DNA of 64,000 nucleotides from an uncultured Verrucomicrobiae bacterium (GTDB taxonomy: Bacteria > Verrucomicrobiota > Verrucomicrobiia > Chthoniobacterales > JAATET01): the NCBI GenBank assembly GCA_963719495.1, contig CAVRCI010000006.1:32001-96000 (forward strand), in the 5' to 3' direction. A model generated the notes under the pieces. That model was not told the origin of the DNA. It did no database searches and was given only the letters and a program-made list of their open reading frames with translations. Positions 1 through 10,457 of this stretch are shown here, piece by piece (the first letter of the stretch is position 1; each line of letters begins with the position of its first letter). Both the position numbers and the translations under genes were made by a program.

Positions 1-421
1 GACGGAACTTTCAAGCAGTGGGATAGTCACTGCTGGATACCCGGCTCTGGAGCTCAAACCGTAAATGTGCTCTCTCAGAAACGGATACAAAATATAAGGA
101 GCAACTTTATCTGCCCAAAGATCTAATTTTTCAACAGGGAACAGCGTGGTATTCACCTTAAACTGACCTACTAGCTCGACTAAAAGGTAGAAGGGTAGAT
201 TAGCAAAATCTTCTTCTACGCCAATCTCTCCCCGAAGGAATACATGTATCGTGTTCGAACTAGGATCCAAATCCGAATGCCTGTCACCCATTCGAAAGTC
301 GTCTTCGTTGATATTCAGGTCACTCTTTCCCCGCTTGGTAGCAACAAAGCGGACGGTCACGCGGTGATACCCAATTTAATGAGATTGGGTGGATGGAAAC
401 TGTAGAATCGGACACGCTCAA
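1..421 (-). CDS. SecB-like chaperone (runs off the window edge; probable 1-nt frameshift near 355)
   Basis: Manual translation gives ...LPFYLLVELVGQFKVNTTLFPVEKLDLWADKVAPYILYPFLREHIYGLSSRAGYPAVTIPLL, matching the SecB C-terminal pattern (P.IL(F/Y)P(F/Y).RE....L..R.G(F/Y)P...LP). The N-terminal HPISLNWV is in another frame (TTG 421 / GTG 415). Absent from the ORF track. Confidence 0.75.
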
Positions 422-430
422 TTCTAAAAA

Positions 431-691
431 TCAGGCCGCAAGAGCCAAATCCTCGTGGTCGAACGGAAGGCAATTTAGGCGAAACGTCGATGGAGAAGCC
501 TCATTGAAGAAAACCTCTTCGAGGTTGCCCTGAATATCCACGGGAATGACGACCGTGCTCGACCCGCGGAGGTCAAAATCAGGAGCGCAGGCACACTCCT
601 CGCGTGCAGATTCAAGCAGCGCTACCATTGCCTCATCCGTTGCCGAACCGAGAAAGTTATCGACGATCTCTGAAATGTTGATGGTTTCCAT
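431..691 (-). CDS. Putative antitoxin with chaperone-addiction-like tail (CmdA-like)
   Basis: 86 aa, acidic, between the ART-like toxin and SecB-like genes; ends ...DHEDLALAA (ssrA-like degron). Confidence 0.6.
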   Translation of the reverse strand: METINISEIVDNFLGSATDEAMVALLESAREECACAPDFDLRGSSTVVIPVDIQGNLEEVFFNEASPSTFRLNCLPFDHEDLALAA

Positions 692-697
692 AGCTTG

Positions 698-1201
698 TTA
701 CATGCCATTATAGCTCATGATAACGTTTTGAACACAATCAAGATTACGAACGCATATGATTATGCGGGTGTGTCGGACAAATTGAGACTCAGGAGACAAA
801 TTTCTTGGATGGTTCGGGTATTGCACCGCACGCACGCTGTCAAGCCGCCCAAGATTTGCTACCATAGTAACGGCTTGCTTGTCGGTCACAACGATCTTAA
901 ATTTTTCGGAATACGCTTTGATCAGTTTCTGGACTTCGTCTGCGTGCTCAGAAATTGTTAGGTCCAAGCAGAATCCCAGTTGCACGGTCGCTCGTAGAAC
1001 AGCGATCTTATTCTGCTTGTAGCGTTTTCGAGCCCACCACTTCACCATTGCTTCCGACCCCTCCCAGAAGTAAACGCCAGAAGCGCGAAGCCCATCGGTC
1101 TTCTTGAAGGTATCTTTTATGATTCGCTCTCCAAGGTCCCGTGAGGTGCCATGAAAAGCGTCAGGAATCTCCTTGGATGACCGACTGATGAAGGTGGGCA
1201 T
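698..1201 (-). CDS. ADP-ribosyltransferase-like toxin (CmdT-like)
   Basis: Motifs AFHGTS, GVYFWE, AVLRA..LGFCLDL, D.VRA, IICVRN..C; first gene of a toxin-antitoxin-SecB triad. Confidence 0.65.
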   Translation of the reverse strand: MPTFISRSSKEIPDAFHGTSRDLGERIIKDTFKKTDGLRASGVYFWEGSEAMVKWWARKRYKQNKIAVLRATVQLGFCLDLTISEHADEVQKLIKAYSEKFKIVVTDKQAVTMVANLGRLDSVRAVQYPNHPRNLSPESQFVRHTRIIICVRNLDCVQNVIMSYNGM

Positions 1202-1217
1202 TGGGGCAAACGGAAGG

Positions 1218-1254
1218 ATGGTGATCTAGGGACACGGAGGTTGTCAACTTGACA
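1218..1254 (-). promoter_or_regulatory. Putative sigma70 promoter with palindromic operator for the toxin operon
   Basis: TGTCAA-C-TTGACA palindrome at 1242-1254 gives a -35 TTGACA on the minus strand; weak -10 (CACCAT) 18 nt further, just before the ATG at 1201. Confidence 0.45.
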
Positions 1255-1261
1255 TTGCTCA

Positions 1262-1979
1262 GAGGAACGAGCCTCGTCACCAAGAGCCGGCCCGACATCC
1301 TCGGCGTCATCAAAATCGCGCAGACCGGGACCACCGACACCGTCACGCTCGAGGCCAGCTACTCACCCGCGAATTGGAAGACCTCGTGGCCGTGATGAAA
1401 AAGCTCATCCGCATCCGCGACGTCATCCTCACCGTCAACAGCGCCTACATCGCCTCCGCCGGCCAGGCCGACGCCTACCGCACCGAGCCGCCGTTTTTGC
1501 TCCAGGGTTCCTATCGCAACATGAACCGCCTCGCGGAAAAGATCGTCCCCGTGATGAACGATGCCGAGCTCGAAGCGCTCATCGCCGACCACTACCGCAA
1601 CGAAGCCCAGACGCTCACCACCGGAGCCGAAGCCAACCTCCTCAAGCTCCGCGAGCTCCTCGGCAAATTGACGCCCGAGGAAAAGACGCGCTGGGAGGAG
1701 ATCAAGAAAACGTTCACCCGCAACCTGCTGGTCGCGGGCGGCGACGACAACGACCCCGTCACCCAGGTCATCCGCCAACTCTCCAGCATCCAGGCGACCA
1801 TCCAGGCCGCTGCCTAAAAACCCGCGCCAGCGTCCGCGCCGCCAGCCCTCGGCAACGCAGGCGGCAATCGAGTCGCCATCAACCCCGACACCCTCCGCAA
1901 GATCTGGGACTTGATCGAAAACCAGGACGCGACCGACGCCCCGGCCACCGACACCATCATCGAAGTCCCCGAGCGCTGA
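1262..1979 (+). pseudogene. 3' fragment of a large AAA 'DNA repair ATPase' (DUF3686-type), frameshifts near 1372 and 1812
   Basis: YIASAGQADAYRTEPPFLLQGSYRNMNRLAEK...EAQTLTTGAEANLLKL; no N-terminal part present; host-like codon usage begins abruptly at ~1265. Confidence 0.6.
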
Positions 1980-2001
1980 CCCGCCAAGAATTTCTTCCTG
2001 A

Positions 2002-2131
2002 TTTGCCCGCGAATTACGAATAGCGCGAAACAATCAGCGCGGAGGGACGGCATCCTGCTGTTCCCAATAGCGTTCGGGTCCCTGCCTTCGACGCCCTCCC
2101 CCCTTCGCGCTCATTCGCGCAATTCGCGGGC
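2002..2131. repeat. Imperfect intergenic inverted repeat (cccgcgaat...cgcgaa / ttcgcg...attcgcggg)
   Basis: Arms at ~2006-2030 and ~2104-2131 are roughly reverse complements. Confidence 0.45.
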
Positions 2132-2280
2132 TCCCTGCATTTCTCACCACGATAGGACCGCGACTTGCTCGTTCGTTTTCATATATCGAATTTGATAAAT
2201 TCATCTATTGGAAGAAAAATACCCAGCCCCCTACGATCACCGCCGTCACCCAACCAACCAACACTCAACCGACTCACTTC

Positions 2281-3243
2281 ATGGATTTCCTGACCTCACT
2301 TTTCAACCCCGGCGTTCTTTTTTTTCTACTGGGTTTTATCGCCGTAATGCTCAACTCGAACCTCGAGTTGCCGGAGCCCATCGTGAAGTTCGTCAGCTTC
2401 TACCTGATGCTCTCCATCGGGTTTAAGGGCGGAGTCAGCCTCTCCGAATCTTCCCTCTGGGGGGATGGCATTCTCATGATCGTCATCGTGCTCGTGATGA
2501 GTGCCATCGTGCCGATCTACGCGTACTTTTTCTTCCGCAAGCGGCTGGGGATCGCGGACGCCGCGGCCATCGGAGCGACTTACGGCTCGAACAGCACCCT
2601 GACCTACATCACGGCGGCGGGTTTTCTGACTTCGATCGGCGTGGCCTACGAGGGCTACATGACGGTTGCCCTTGTGGTGATGGAGACGCCGGCCATCGTG
2701 TTTGCGGTGGTGATGGCCCAGATCGCGATGAAGGGCGGGGCCAAAAAGCCGACCGGATTAGTCGTCCGCGAGGCGCTGACCGACGGCACGTTGCTCCTCA
2801 TGGTCGGCAGCATGGTCATCGGCTACGTGTTGAGCCTGATGGGAACCGAAGAGACGCCGCTGGCGTCGTTCATCGGCGGGGACATGTTCACCGGGATGCT
2901 CGTCTTCTTCCTCCTCTACATGGGGATCGCGGTCGGACGAAAATTCAAGGAGATCGAGTCGTTCTCGCCGGTGCTCGTCGTTTTCGCCATCGTCGCCCCG
3001 TTGCTCAACGCCGCGATCGCGATCTCGGCCTGCAAGTTCTTCGGATTTGCCCCCGGCGATTCGCTCCTCCTGACGATTCTCTGCGCATCGTCGTCCTACA
3101 TCGTCGCTCCCGCGATTCTGAAAGACACCCTGCCTGAAGCCAATCCGGCCAATTATCTCACGATGAGCATCGGAATCACGTTTCCGCTGAACATTGTGAT
3201 CGGTATCCCGCTCTACTGGTGGGTCATCCAAAACTGGGTGTAG
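2281..3243 (+). CDS. sbtA: Sodium-dependent bicarbonate transporter family permease
   Basis: About 10 TM helices; motifs YLMLSIGFKGG, AIGATYGS, METPAI, ASSSYIVAP, ITFPLNIVIGIPLY. Confidence 0.9.
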   Translation: MDFLTSLFNPGVLFFLLGFIAVMLNSNLELPEPIVKFVSFYLMLSIGFKGGVSLSESSLWGDGILMIVIVLVMSAIVPIYAYFFFRKRLGIADAAAIGATYGSNSTLTYITAAGFLTSIGVAYEGYMTVALVVMETPAIVFAVVMAQIAMKGGAKKPTGLVVREALTDGTLLLMVGSMVIGYVLSLMGTEETPLASFIGGDMFTGMLVFFLLYMGIAVGRKFKEIESFSPVLVVFAIVAPLLNAAIAISACKFFGFAPGDSLLLTILCASSSYIVAPAILKDTLPEANPANYLTMSIGITFPLNIVIGIPLYWWVIQNWV

Positions 3244-3549
3244 CCCTGATCAGAGATCATCGCCCGACCCATTCACCGGGTCGGTGGGTCACGCCGAAGC
3301 GGTCAGCCCGGTGAGCTCGAGACACTCGTCCTTCATTCCATCGAAAAATGGATTCCACGTCTGACGCAGCATGGCCCCGGGAGAGATCAAGAGCGCGCCG
3401 CGTTCGCCACAGAGCGCGAGGTTGCCCAGGGTGGGAACTTCGCCTCCGTTGCCGCTGCCGTCGAGGGGGTCGAATTCCGTCAGGCTGCCTTTCGGAGAAA
3501 GGCTACGCACGCCGCAACGGAAGCAAGACCTTCTTGCGGACAGCCTGAC

Positions 3550-4395
3550 TCAAGCGCTCAGGAGGTGGGCGATCATCACCCCGACCAGGAGCGTGAGGAA
3601 AGCAGCGTAGGATCGTTTCAACGTGACCGGTTCCAAGCGCGATGCCAAAGCCACACCCGGAGCGGTTGCCAACAAAACCCCAGGCAGCAGTGCGACGAGC
3701 ACGACCCCATCGACGTAACCCAGACACCAGCTCGGGCGACCCACCGCTCCGATTCCGTTCCAGATCCCGCCGACCGAACCAAGCGCCGCCACCACCAGGC
3801 TCGTACCCGAGCCAATTGCCAGCGCCCGCGCCATCGGCATCGAGAAGGCCTTCAGGAACGGCACCGCCAGACTTCCGCCCGCCACACCAATCATCAAGCA
3901 ATACGCCCCGATCCCGGCGCTCACCGCCACCGTCCCGCCCGCGCGCGGAGGGTGTTTCGCCAAAACGAAGCGGTCCGGAATCAACGCAAAGTCGATCGCC
4001 ATCAACGCCAGAAACGCAACGAACGCGATCTTCAGCGCCCCCGAGCTGACGTGTGGCGTCAACCAGATCCCCAGCGCTGCCCCGACCAGCAAGCCAATCG
4101 CCCACGTCGCAAAGAAATCACGATCCAGATTTCCCAACTTCAGGTGCTTTCGCAGCGCCACGATCCCCGTCGGGACCGCTGCGGCCAACGAAGTCGCCGC
4201 CGCCACGTGCATTTCGATCCCGGCGTGAACTCCAAACGGTGGAAAGACGACCGCAAAGACGGGGATTCGCAGGATTCCCCCGCCGATCCCAAACAGCCCC
4301 GAAGCAAAACCGCTCAAAATCCCAGTCAGCACAAAGACCAGGACGTATCCCGCCAGCCGCCATTCCGACCAATCCATTCCGGAACGTACCACCAC
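3550..4395 (-). CDS. Sulfite exporter TauE/SafE family membrane protein
   Basis: GLFGIGGG..IP, AAATSLA, GVAGGSLAVP, AIGSG motifs; highly hydrophobic. Confidence 0.85.
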   Translation of the reverse strand: MVVRSGMDWSEWRLAGYVLVFVLTGILSGFASGLFGIGGGILRIPVFAVVFPPFGVHAGIEMHVAAATSLAAAVPTGIVALRKHLKLGNLDRDFFATWAIGLLVGAALGIWLTPHVSSGALKIAFVAFLALMAIDFALIPDRFVLAKHPPRAGGTVAVSAGIGAYCLMIGVAGGSLAVPFLKAFSMPMARALAIGSGTSLVVAALGSVGGIWNGIGAVGRPSWCLGYVDGVVLVALLPGVLLATAPGVALASRLEPVTLKRSYAAFLTLLVGVMIAHLLSA

Positions 4396-4830
4396 GCCCT
4401 CGGAGCCGACGAGGGCGAAGATTTGTCTACGCGCCGCCGCTCCAGCAGCCGTCGATCACAAACGTCTAGCCCGTCACCATGCTGGATTCCTCCGCCGCGA
4501 GGCAAACCGCCAACCCCGAGTTTGTCAGCCTGCTCATGTGGGAGAATCTCCACGGCGAGCGCTCCCATTCCCGACATGCCGGAAGAGACCGCCAGGAGAT
4601 ACGTCGCCGCCGACCGGTTTGCCGCCAGGAGATCCGCAACGCTCTTCGTCAACGACGACGCAGCCCACGTGATCGCGATGAGCACGCCGATCAACCCGCC
4701 CGGGATGGGGCCCGGTTCAGAGGCTCCATGCCCACGTCGCAATTCCCTCCCAGGCACTGTATTGGATTGACTGGTTAAATGGTTCTCATCAGGCGCATAT
4801 CTGACACTGTGACCGGCTTTTCCGGTTCTG

Positions 4831-4875
4831 AACGCGAAGAACCCCACCCCGGCTATCGGGGTGGGGTTTCGCGTT
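4831..4875. terminator. Hairpin terminator downstream of the DUF4394 gene
   Basis: aacgcgaa-gaaccccacccc-ggctatc-ggggtggggttt-cgcgtt. Confidence 0.6.
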
Positions 4876-4898
4876 GAGTTGCCAGTCGGGGCGTCGAC

Positions 4899-7038
4899 TT
4901 AGTCGTCGAGCGACCCGGGCGCGGGCGTGGCAGCCGGGGTGACCGGCTTTTCCCGCGTGATCACGATTCGCTTCACGCGCGACCGATTGCCCGAAGCATC
5001 GAGAGCGACGATGCGAACCGGGTTGCGACCCGGATCCAGGCGAAGCCGGAAGCGCCAGTTGCGCGTGCCGTTGGCTTCTTTGAACTTCTCACCCTTCTCC
5101 TTCACGAGCACCTGCGTGACGGTCGTGTCATCAATCGCCTTGCCACGAAGCATGAACCGGCTCCGAGCGTCGCGAACCGTCTTTTTCCGGCTGATCTTTT
5201 TGGTTACCACGCGGGGCCTGGTCGTGTCAGGTGCGATCACAACCGGGGGCGCCACCGGCAACACCGCGAGCGAGAACCCGTTCACCGGCGTGAATCCCAC
5301 CGGGAATGTCCCGATTGGCGTGCTGAGCCGGCCCGTCTGGAGATCGATCGTATTTAGGGTGTAGATCCCAGTCCCGCCCGCATCGACGGTGACGTAGCCT
5401 ACGTTGTAACCGCCGAAAGACAGGATATCGAAGCCCGAGTTGGCGTCGACATTGCTCCCCAAGGCACCCACCGCCAGGGAATCCCCGGCATTGGCAGAAG
5501 GCGAAGTGAGCAGCCGGTCGGCAGAGGCATCGAGGTAGAAGAGTCGCGTCGGGGTGACCGCCGCTCCCATTCGACCCGTGTCGCTGTTGGTGTAGGCCGC
5601 TCCACTGACTCCCGTGACGGTCGTTCCCGCAATGTTGATGTCACCATCAACGCTGGCGACGCCCCCGGTCTGATCATTCAGCCGCAGATTTGTCCCCCCG
5701 TCATCGACGAGTCGGACGCGGATGCTTCCGTCGGATTGAACGGTGGTCGGGTTGAAGTCGAAGCCAAACTGCGAAGCCGGGTCGACGCTGTAGGTCGCCA
5801 ACATGGGAACGACGTTGTCCGTATTCGGGAAACCAGCTCCGACGTTGGTCACCCCACCAGTCGAGATGTTGACCAGACCGAGTTGGGAAGCGGCGGCTCC
5901 GACCGATATCGAGAAGAGGTTGAACGTGCCGGGTCGGAAATCGAGCCCCTTCACGTCAGTGCCATTACCCGCGGGCCCAATGGGCGTGACGGCGGCGGGA
6001 TTCGTCAGTGGGAACGAGAACAGCTGGCCAGTCGCGTTGTAGGCGTATCCGGTCGCACCAGCTGGCGGGGTCAACTCCGGTGCCTCGACGATGGCAAAAC
6101 CATTGATCGGTTCGAAACCAGCGGGAAAATTGCCGAAGGAAGCCGAAACGCCCGCAGTTGGAGCCGCGATGTCACCGCCTCCGTCGACGCCTCCGTCGAT
6201 CACCGCATCCAGATCGGGAATGGTCCGGAGTTGGAAGGTCGCTCCGTTATCCTCGGAGGTGACGAGGTAGGCAAAATTGTTCCCCCCGCCCCCCGCGACG
6301 TTGCCGGTCGGCGAATAGATTTCCATGCCGCCCGCAGGACTGATGTCGATCCCCAAGGCCCCAGCGGCTCCGGATGTTACCGCCATTCGGGTTCGTCGAC
6401 CGGATCAGGACGTCGTTGTTAGCGTCGAGGTAGAAGAGCGCGGTGGGTGCGGTGGCCGTGCCAGCGCGCTCCGCGTCAGAGTTCGAGTAAGCTGCCGCAG
6501 CGAGCGACACGCCCGCCGGGGTGTCGCCGCCATTCGATCCGACGACGCCATCAACGTTGCTGACGGTGCCGTTGGCCGTCGTGAATCGGAAGTTGCTGCC
6601 GGCTGAATCGACCAGCCGGAACCGGCTGCTGCCATCCCCCTGTAGAGTGACGGGGTTGAAATTGAATCCGTATCCCATCGCCAACGGACTGATGGTGTAA
6701 GGATTCGCGTCGCCGGCGGTCCCGGAGTTCGGAATGGCTGGCCCGACGGCGGTCCGGACGCCGGTCGTTGGATTGACCGTAAAAATTTGGGTCGTCGTCG
6801 CGGTGATATCGACCGCGTAGATCGTCGACGTCCCCGGTCGGACGTCAATGCCCTTGGTGTTCGCTCCAGCCGTGGCTGGACCGATCGGGACCACTGAAGA
6901 CGGATTTGTCAAATCGAACGCAAAGAGCTGCCCGGTGGCATTGTAAGCGTAGCCGTAAGGCCGCGCGTCCGCCGAGGCGACGGCCAGGCCGATGAGCCCC
7001 GCTGCGATGGCGAAGACTGAAGAGGTAGTTAGTTTCAT
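4899..7038 (-). CDS. Secreted protein with two DUF4394-like domains and a C-terminal Ig-like domain (frameshift near 6390)
   Basis: Signal peptide MKLTTSSVFAIAAGLIGLAVASADA; two copies of GYAYNATGQLF.F.LTNP...G(I/L)D.RPGT...FNP...(F/V)RLVD..G.N.R; joins ORFs 6247..7515 and 4899..6386. Confidence 0.7.
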
Positions 7039-7129
7039 AGGGTTTTTGGGGTCACTGATTAGAATTAATTTGGGTCGATTGACTCTTTCGCGGAGTGGTT
7101 CGCCGCGCCCGACGACCCGGATCAATTTA

Positions 7130-7515
7130 TCTTCCCCGTTCCAGAAATTCTCGGTCGGAGTTCGAACCTTCCCAATCAGGAGGTGAATCGATTCGCGGGC
7201 GAGTGAGTCAATATTCTGCTGAATTCTGGTAAGCGAGGGGCGCAAGATTTCGCAGAGCGGCAGGGCATCGAACGATGCGGAGCCCACGGCAATTTTCAGT
7301 GCGCTTGATGCAATCAACGGTAGGCAGTCGGTGTCATCCGTTTCTCCCACCTCCCTCGGATCGTCACGCAGGTGGAATAATTCCCCCCACGCGCGCCCCA
7401 GATAAGCCGTGAGCTTGTAACGCTCGGTCACCACCGTCCGCAGATGAAAGGCCTCCGCGGTGTGGTGATTTTTGACGATCACGTGATCCCGCGCCGTTGT
7501 CCACGCCCCTACCAC
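7130..7515 (-). pseudogene. Fused remnants: sulfatase C-terminus and LacI-family sensor C-terminus
   Basis: RDHVIV.NHH...LRTVVTERYKLT...GELF.LRDDPRE followed in frame by FDALPLCEILRPSLTRIQQNIDSLARESIHLL. Confidence 0.5.
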
Positions 7516-7787
7516 GAGTCAAATTGATTCCGCCCCCGCGTCGCGATCAAGGTTCGGCGTCTGGATCTGCGGTCGGATGGTCGCAGTTCGCGAGTCGTTC
7601 CGGGTATGGTAGCGCTTCAACAGTAGAGTTTGCTCGAAGGACCTACCCGCGATCGCAAGCTTTCGTGACGTTTTGTGACAAACTCTTTTCGAGTCCAGCC
7701 AACTCGATGCAACTGTGCAACCGAAGGGAGTCGTCTGGAGACCCTGTAAACAAGGGTGTCTGCAGGACTTTTAGGCCTGCGATAAGG

Positions 7788-7861
<74 letters not shown>

Positions 7862-7901
7862 ATGAAACGCGAGGGACAGAATACGGATTCCCGTTGGGTC
7901 G

Positions 7902-8258
7902 TCAACTCGTTCTTTCGCGGACACAGCGCACGCCCACCCACTCGGTCTGCGGGAGGATGAACTTGCGGATTCCCACCTCGATCCGCGTCACCGCAAATTC
8001 CCGCAGGATCGTTGTCGCGATTTCTTCAGCAAAGGTTTCGATGAGCTGGCGCTCGCGCTCGGCGGCGAGGGCATCGACGCGGATCGCGACGGCGTGGTAG
8101 TCGACCGTGCCTTCGATGCGATCGCTCAACGTGTCGAAGCCGCGCCTTGGGTGCAGCGTCAGGTCGACGAAGAGTTCCTGCGGTTCGCCGCGCTCGGCGT
8201 CGGGGACTCCGATGTGCGTGCTGACGCGAAGGCCTTTGATCTCGATGGTATCGGACAT
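7902..8258 (-). CDS. folB: Dihydroneopterin aldolase
   Basis: DTIEIKGL...HIGV..ER..PQ, TVDY, LIETFAEEIA. Confidence 0.92.
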   Translation of the reverse strand: MSDTIEIKGLRVSTHIGVPDAERGEPQELFVDLTLHPRRGFDTLSDRIEGTVDYHAVAIRVDALAAERERQLIETFAEEIATTILREFAVTRIEVGIRKFILPQTEWVGVRCVRERTS

Positions 8259-8262
8259 GATT

Positions 8263-8880
8263 TTACCCGAGAAGGCGCTGCAGGGTCGGCAGGCCATCGA
8301 CGATCACCTCGGGATTGGCGGGGATCAGCTTTTCGATGGGATCGAAGCCGGTCGTCACGGCGATGCCGAGGATGCCGCCGTGGTGAGCGGTTTCGATGTC
8401 GTGGACCATGTCACCGACGAACGCCGTTTCAGTCGGATCAAGGTGGTGAATTTCGAGGATTTCCCGGATTTTTTCCCGCTTGTCCATGATGCCGACGTAG
8501 GGATGCTCGAAGCGGTCACGAACACCAAGCCGACCCGCCTGGGTGTCGAAATGGGCGGCCTGAATGGTGCTCAGCAAAAACGTCCGCCGCCCAGTGCAGT
8601 CGCAGAAGTCCAGGAAATCGACCGCGCCGGGGAGCAGAACCACATCGTCCTGCAGCCCGGCAAAATGGTGTTGGTAGAGTTCTTCGAGTCCTTCGGCACT
8701 GGCTTCCGGGAGCAGCTCGGCGTAGAAGCCGGAGAACGGGAGCCGGAAGTGATGGCGGAATTCGTCGCGAGTCAGTTCGACTTTTCCGTATTCGCGAAAG
8801 ATCGCGTTGGTAGCGGCGAGGACGGGACCGAGGTCGTCGGCGAGGGTGCCGGACCAATCGAGAAGGAGGTTTTTGATCAA
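8263..8880 (-). CDS. HAD-family hydrolase
   Basis: Motif I LLLDWSGTLADD and motif IV FVGDMVHDIETA; TTG start inferred. Confidence 0.85.
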   Translation of the reverse strand: MIKNLLLDWSGTLADDLGPVLAATNAIFREYGKVELTRDEFRHHFRLPFSGFYAELLPEASAEGLEELYQHHFAGLQDDVVLLPGAVDFLDFCDCTGRRTFLLSTIQAAHFDTQAGRLGVRDRFEHPYVGIMDKREKIREILEIHHLDPTETAFVGDMVHDIETAHHGGILGIAVTTGFDPIEKLIPANPEVIVDGLPTLQRLLG

Positions 8881-8915
8881 TTTTCGAGTCTCGAGTTTCG
8901 AGTTTCGAGTTGGAG

Positions 8916-9269
8916 TCAGGTTCGGAAGCGGAGGTCCTTGACGGTTTTTGCGCCGAATTGCGCGCGGAGTTTTTTCAGGATCTCGGGTCGCCACGTGCGG
9001 TCGAGTTCGTAGCGGACGCTGGGCTGGAGGACCTGAATGTGCAGGATGCCGTCGACCAGCCGGATCGGCGTGGAATGTTGCGCGATGAATTCGCCGACCA
9101 CGTCGCGCCAGGCAGCGAGAATGTCGCCTTCGTTGATCCGCTCGGCGAGACCGAGTCGGCTGACGAGGGCCTGGACGGCGTCCGCTGCGGTGACCGTGCG
9201 GTCGGGACGCTCGTCTTCGGGCAGTCCCCGCCACTCGCGCAAGACGAAGCGGCGGAGGGATTTAGTCAT
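8916..9269 (-). CDS. DUF721 / DciA-family protein
   Basis: AWRDVVGEFIAQHSTPIRLVDGILHIQV...RYEL. Confidence 0.8.
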   Translation of the reverse strand: MTKSLRRFVLREWRGLPEDERPDRTVTAADAVQALVSRLGLAERINEGDILAAWRDVVGEFIAQHSTPIRLVDGILHIQVLQPSVRYELDRTWRPEILKKLRAQFGAKTVKDLRFRT

Positions 9270-9305
9270 CTCAGTGGGCAAGCCGGGAGCCTGCGCGAGC
9301 GCTGT

Positions 9306-9539
9306 CTAGGTGCCGTCGCTGCCGATGGCCTCCACCGGACAGCCTTCCATGGCCTCGCTGCAGAGCGCCTTCTCTTCGTCGTTCTCGGGCTGCTTGTAGA
9401 CGTAGGAGTAGCCCCCATCGTCGCTGCGAGTGAAATTAGCCGGCGCGGTTTCGCGGCAGAGATCACAGTCGATGCACTGGTCATCGCAGTAAAAAGCGCC
9501 TGCGGCGTTTTCGGAGTATTTATTTTCGACGTCTGCCAT
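9306..9539 (-). CDS. Ferredoxin (single 4Fe-4S cluster type)
   Basis: CIDCDLC...CPVEAIG. Confidence 0.92.
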   Translation of the reverse strand: MADVENKYSENAAGAFYCDDQCIDCDLCRETAPANFTRSDDGGYSYVYKQPENDEEKALCSEAMEGCPVEAIGSDGT

Positions 9540-9629
9540 GAGATTTAGGTCCTTGGAAGGGTGGAAACTAGGAATCAGGAGCGGGATTGCAATTGTTTTT
9601 TCCGGTGAATCACCGATTTTCGCGACCGC

Positions 9630-10451
9630 ATGCAAGTCACACCCACCCCGATCCTGCCCACTGAAGGCCGCCACGTCCTCCACGTTTTTTACCGCGTCGA
9701 TTACCCAAGCTGGGATTTGCTCCCCAACGAGGATCGTTTATCGGCGAAAACGGACCTCGCCAATCTCGTAAAGGACGTCCGCGCGGAACCGGACACGCAG
9801 CTACTCACTCTGAGCATGGTGACGCCGCGGGCGGATGTCGGATTCATGCTGGTCTGCCCCGACCTGCAAGCGCTGGACCGGATCTCGAAACAACTCACGC
9901 TGTCGCTGGGGCCGGGGGTCTTGCAGCCGGAGTTCAGCTATCTCTCCATGACGGAGCGGAGCGAATACACGACCAGTGAGGAGGATTACGCCGCGTCGCT
10001 CGTGGCGGAGGACGGGCTGACCGCCGGATCGCCCGAGCTGGAGGAGAAGTTGGTGGGATTTCGCGAGCGGATGGCGAAATACGGGAAGGATCGCCTCGAG
10101 CCGAACCTGGCGGATTGGCCGGTTTTTTGTTTTTACCCGATGGCGAAGCGGCGGGCGGTGGGTCAAAATTGGTACGCGCTGGATTTCGAGACCCGGAAGA
10201 AATTGATGGCGGGACACGCGAAGGTCGGGCGGACGTATGCGGGCAGGGTCCGGCAGTTGATCACGGGGTCGACGGGGTTGGACGATGCGGAGTGGGGCGT
10301 GACGCTCTGGGCCCACACGACGAGCGAGATCAAGGCGATCGTCTACGAAATGCGGTTCGATGCGGTGAGCGCGGAATACGCGGAGTTCGGCGAGTTTTTC
10401 ATCGGGATTCAGTTGCCGCTGGACGCTTTGTTTGCGCGGATGGCCATCTGA
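9630..10451 (+). CDS. hemQ: Coproheme decarboxylase / chlorite dismutase family
   Basis: FCFYPMAKRR...NWYAL...LMAGH..GR.YAG.V.QLITGSTGLDD.EWGVTL, VYEMRFD.VSA.YAEFG. Confidence 0.88.
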   Translation: MQVTPTPILPTEGRHVLHVFYRVDYPSWDLLPNEDRLSAKTDLANLVKDVRAEPDTQLLTLSMVTPRADVGFMLVCPDLQALDRISKQLTLSLGPGVLQPEFSYLSMTERSEYTTSEEDYAASLVAEDGLTAGSPELEEKLVGFRERMAKYGKDRLEPNLADWPVFCFYPMAKRRAVGQNWYALDFETRKKLMAGHAKVGRTYAGRVRQLITGSTGLDDAEWGVTLWAHTTSEIKAIVYEMRFDAVSAEYAEFGEFFIGIQLPLDALFARMAI

Positions 10452-10457
10452 CCGGGC

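Noticed and set aside
4420..4790. Hydrophobic minus-strand stretch resembling a DUF4010/MgtC-type C-terminus
   Set aside because: Too degenerate, with no clear start; cannot be supported without a search.
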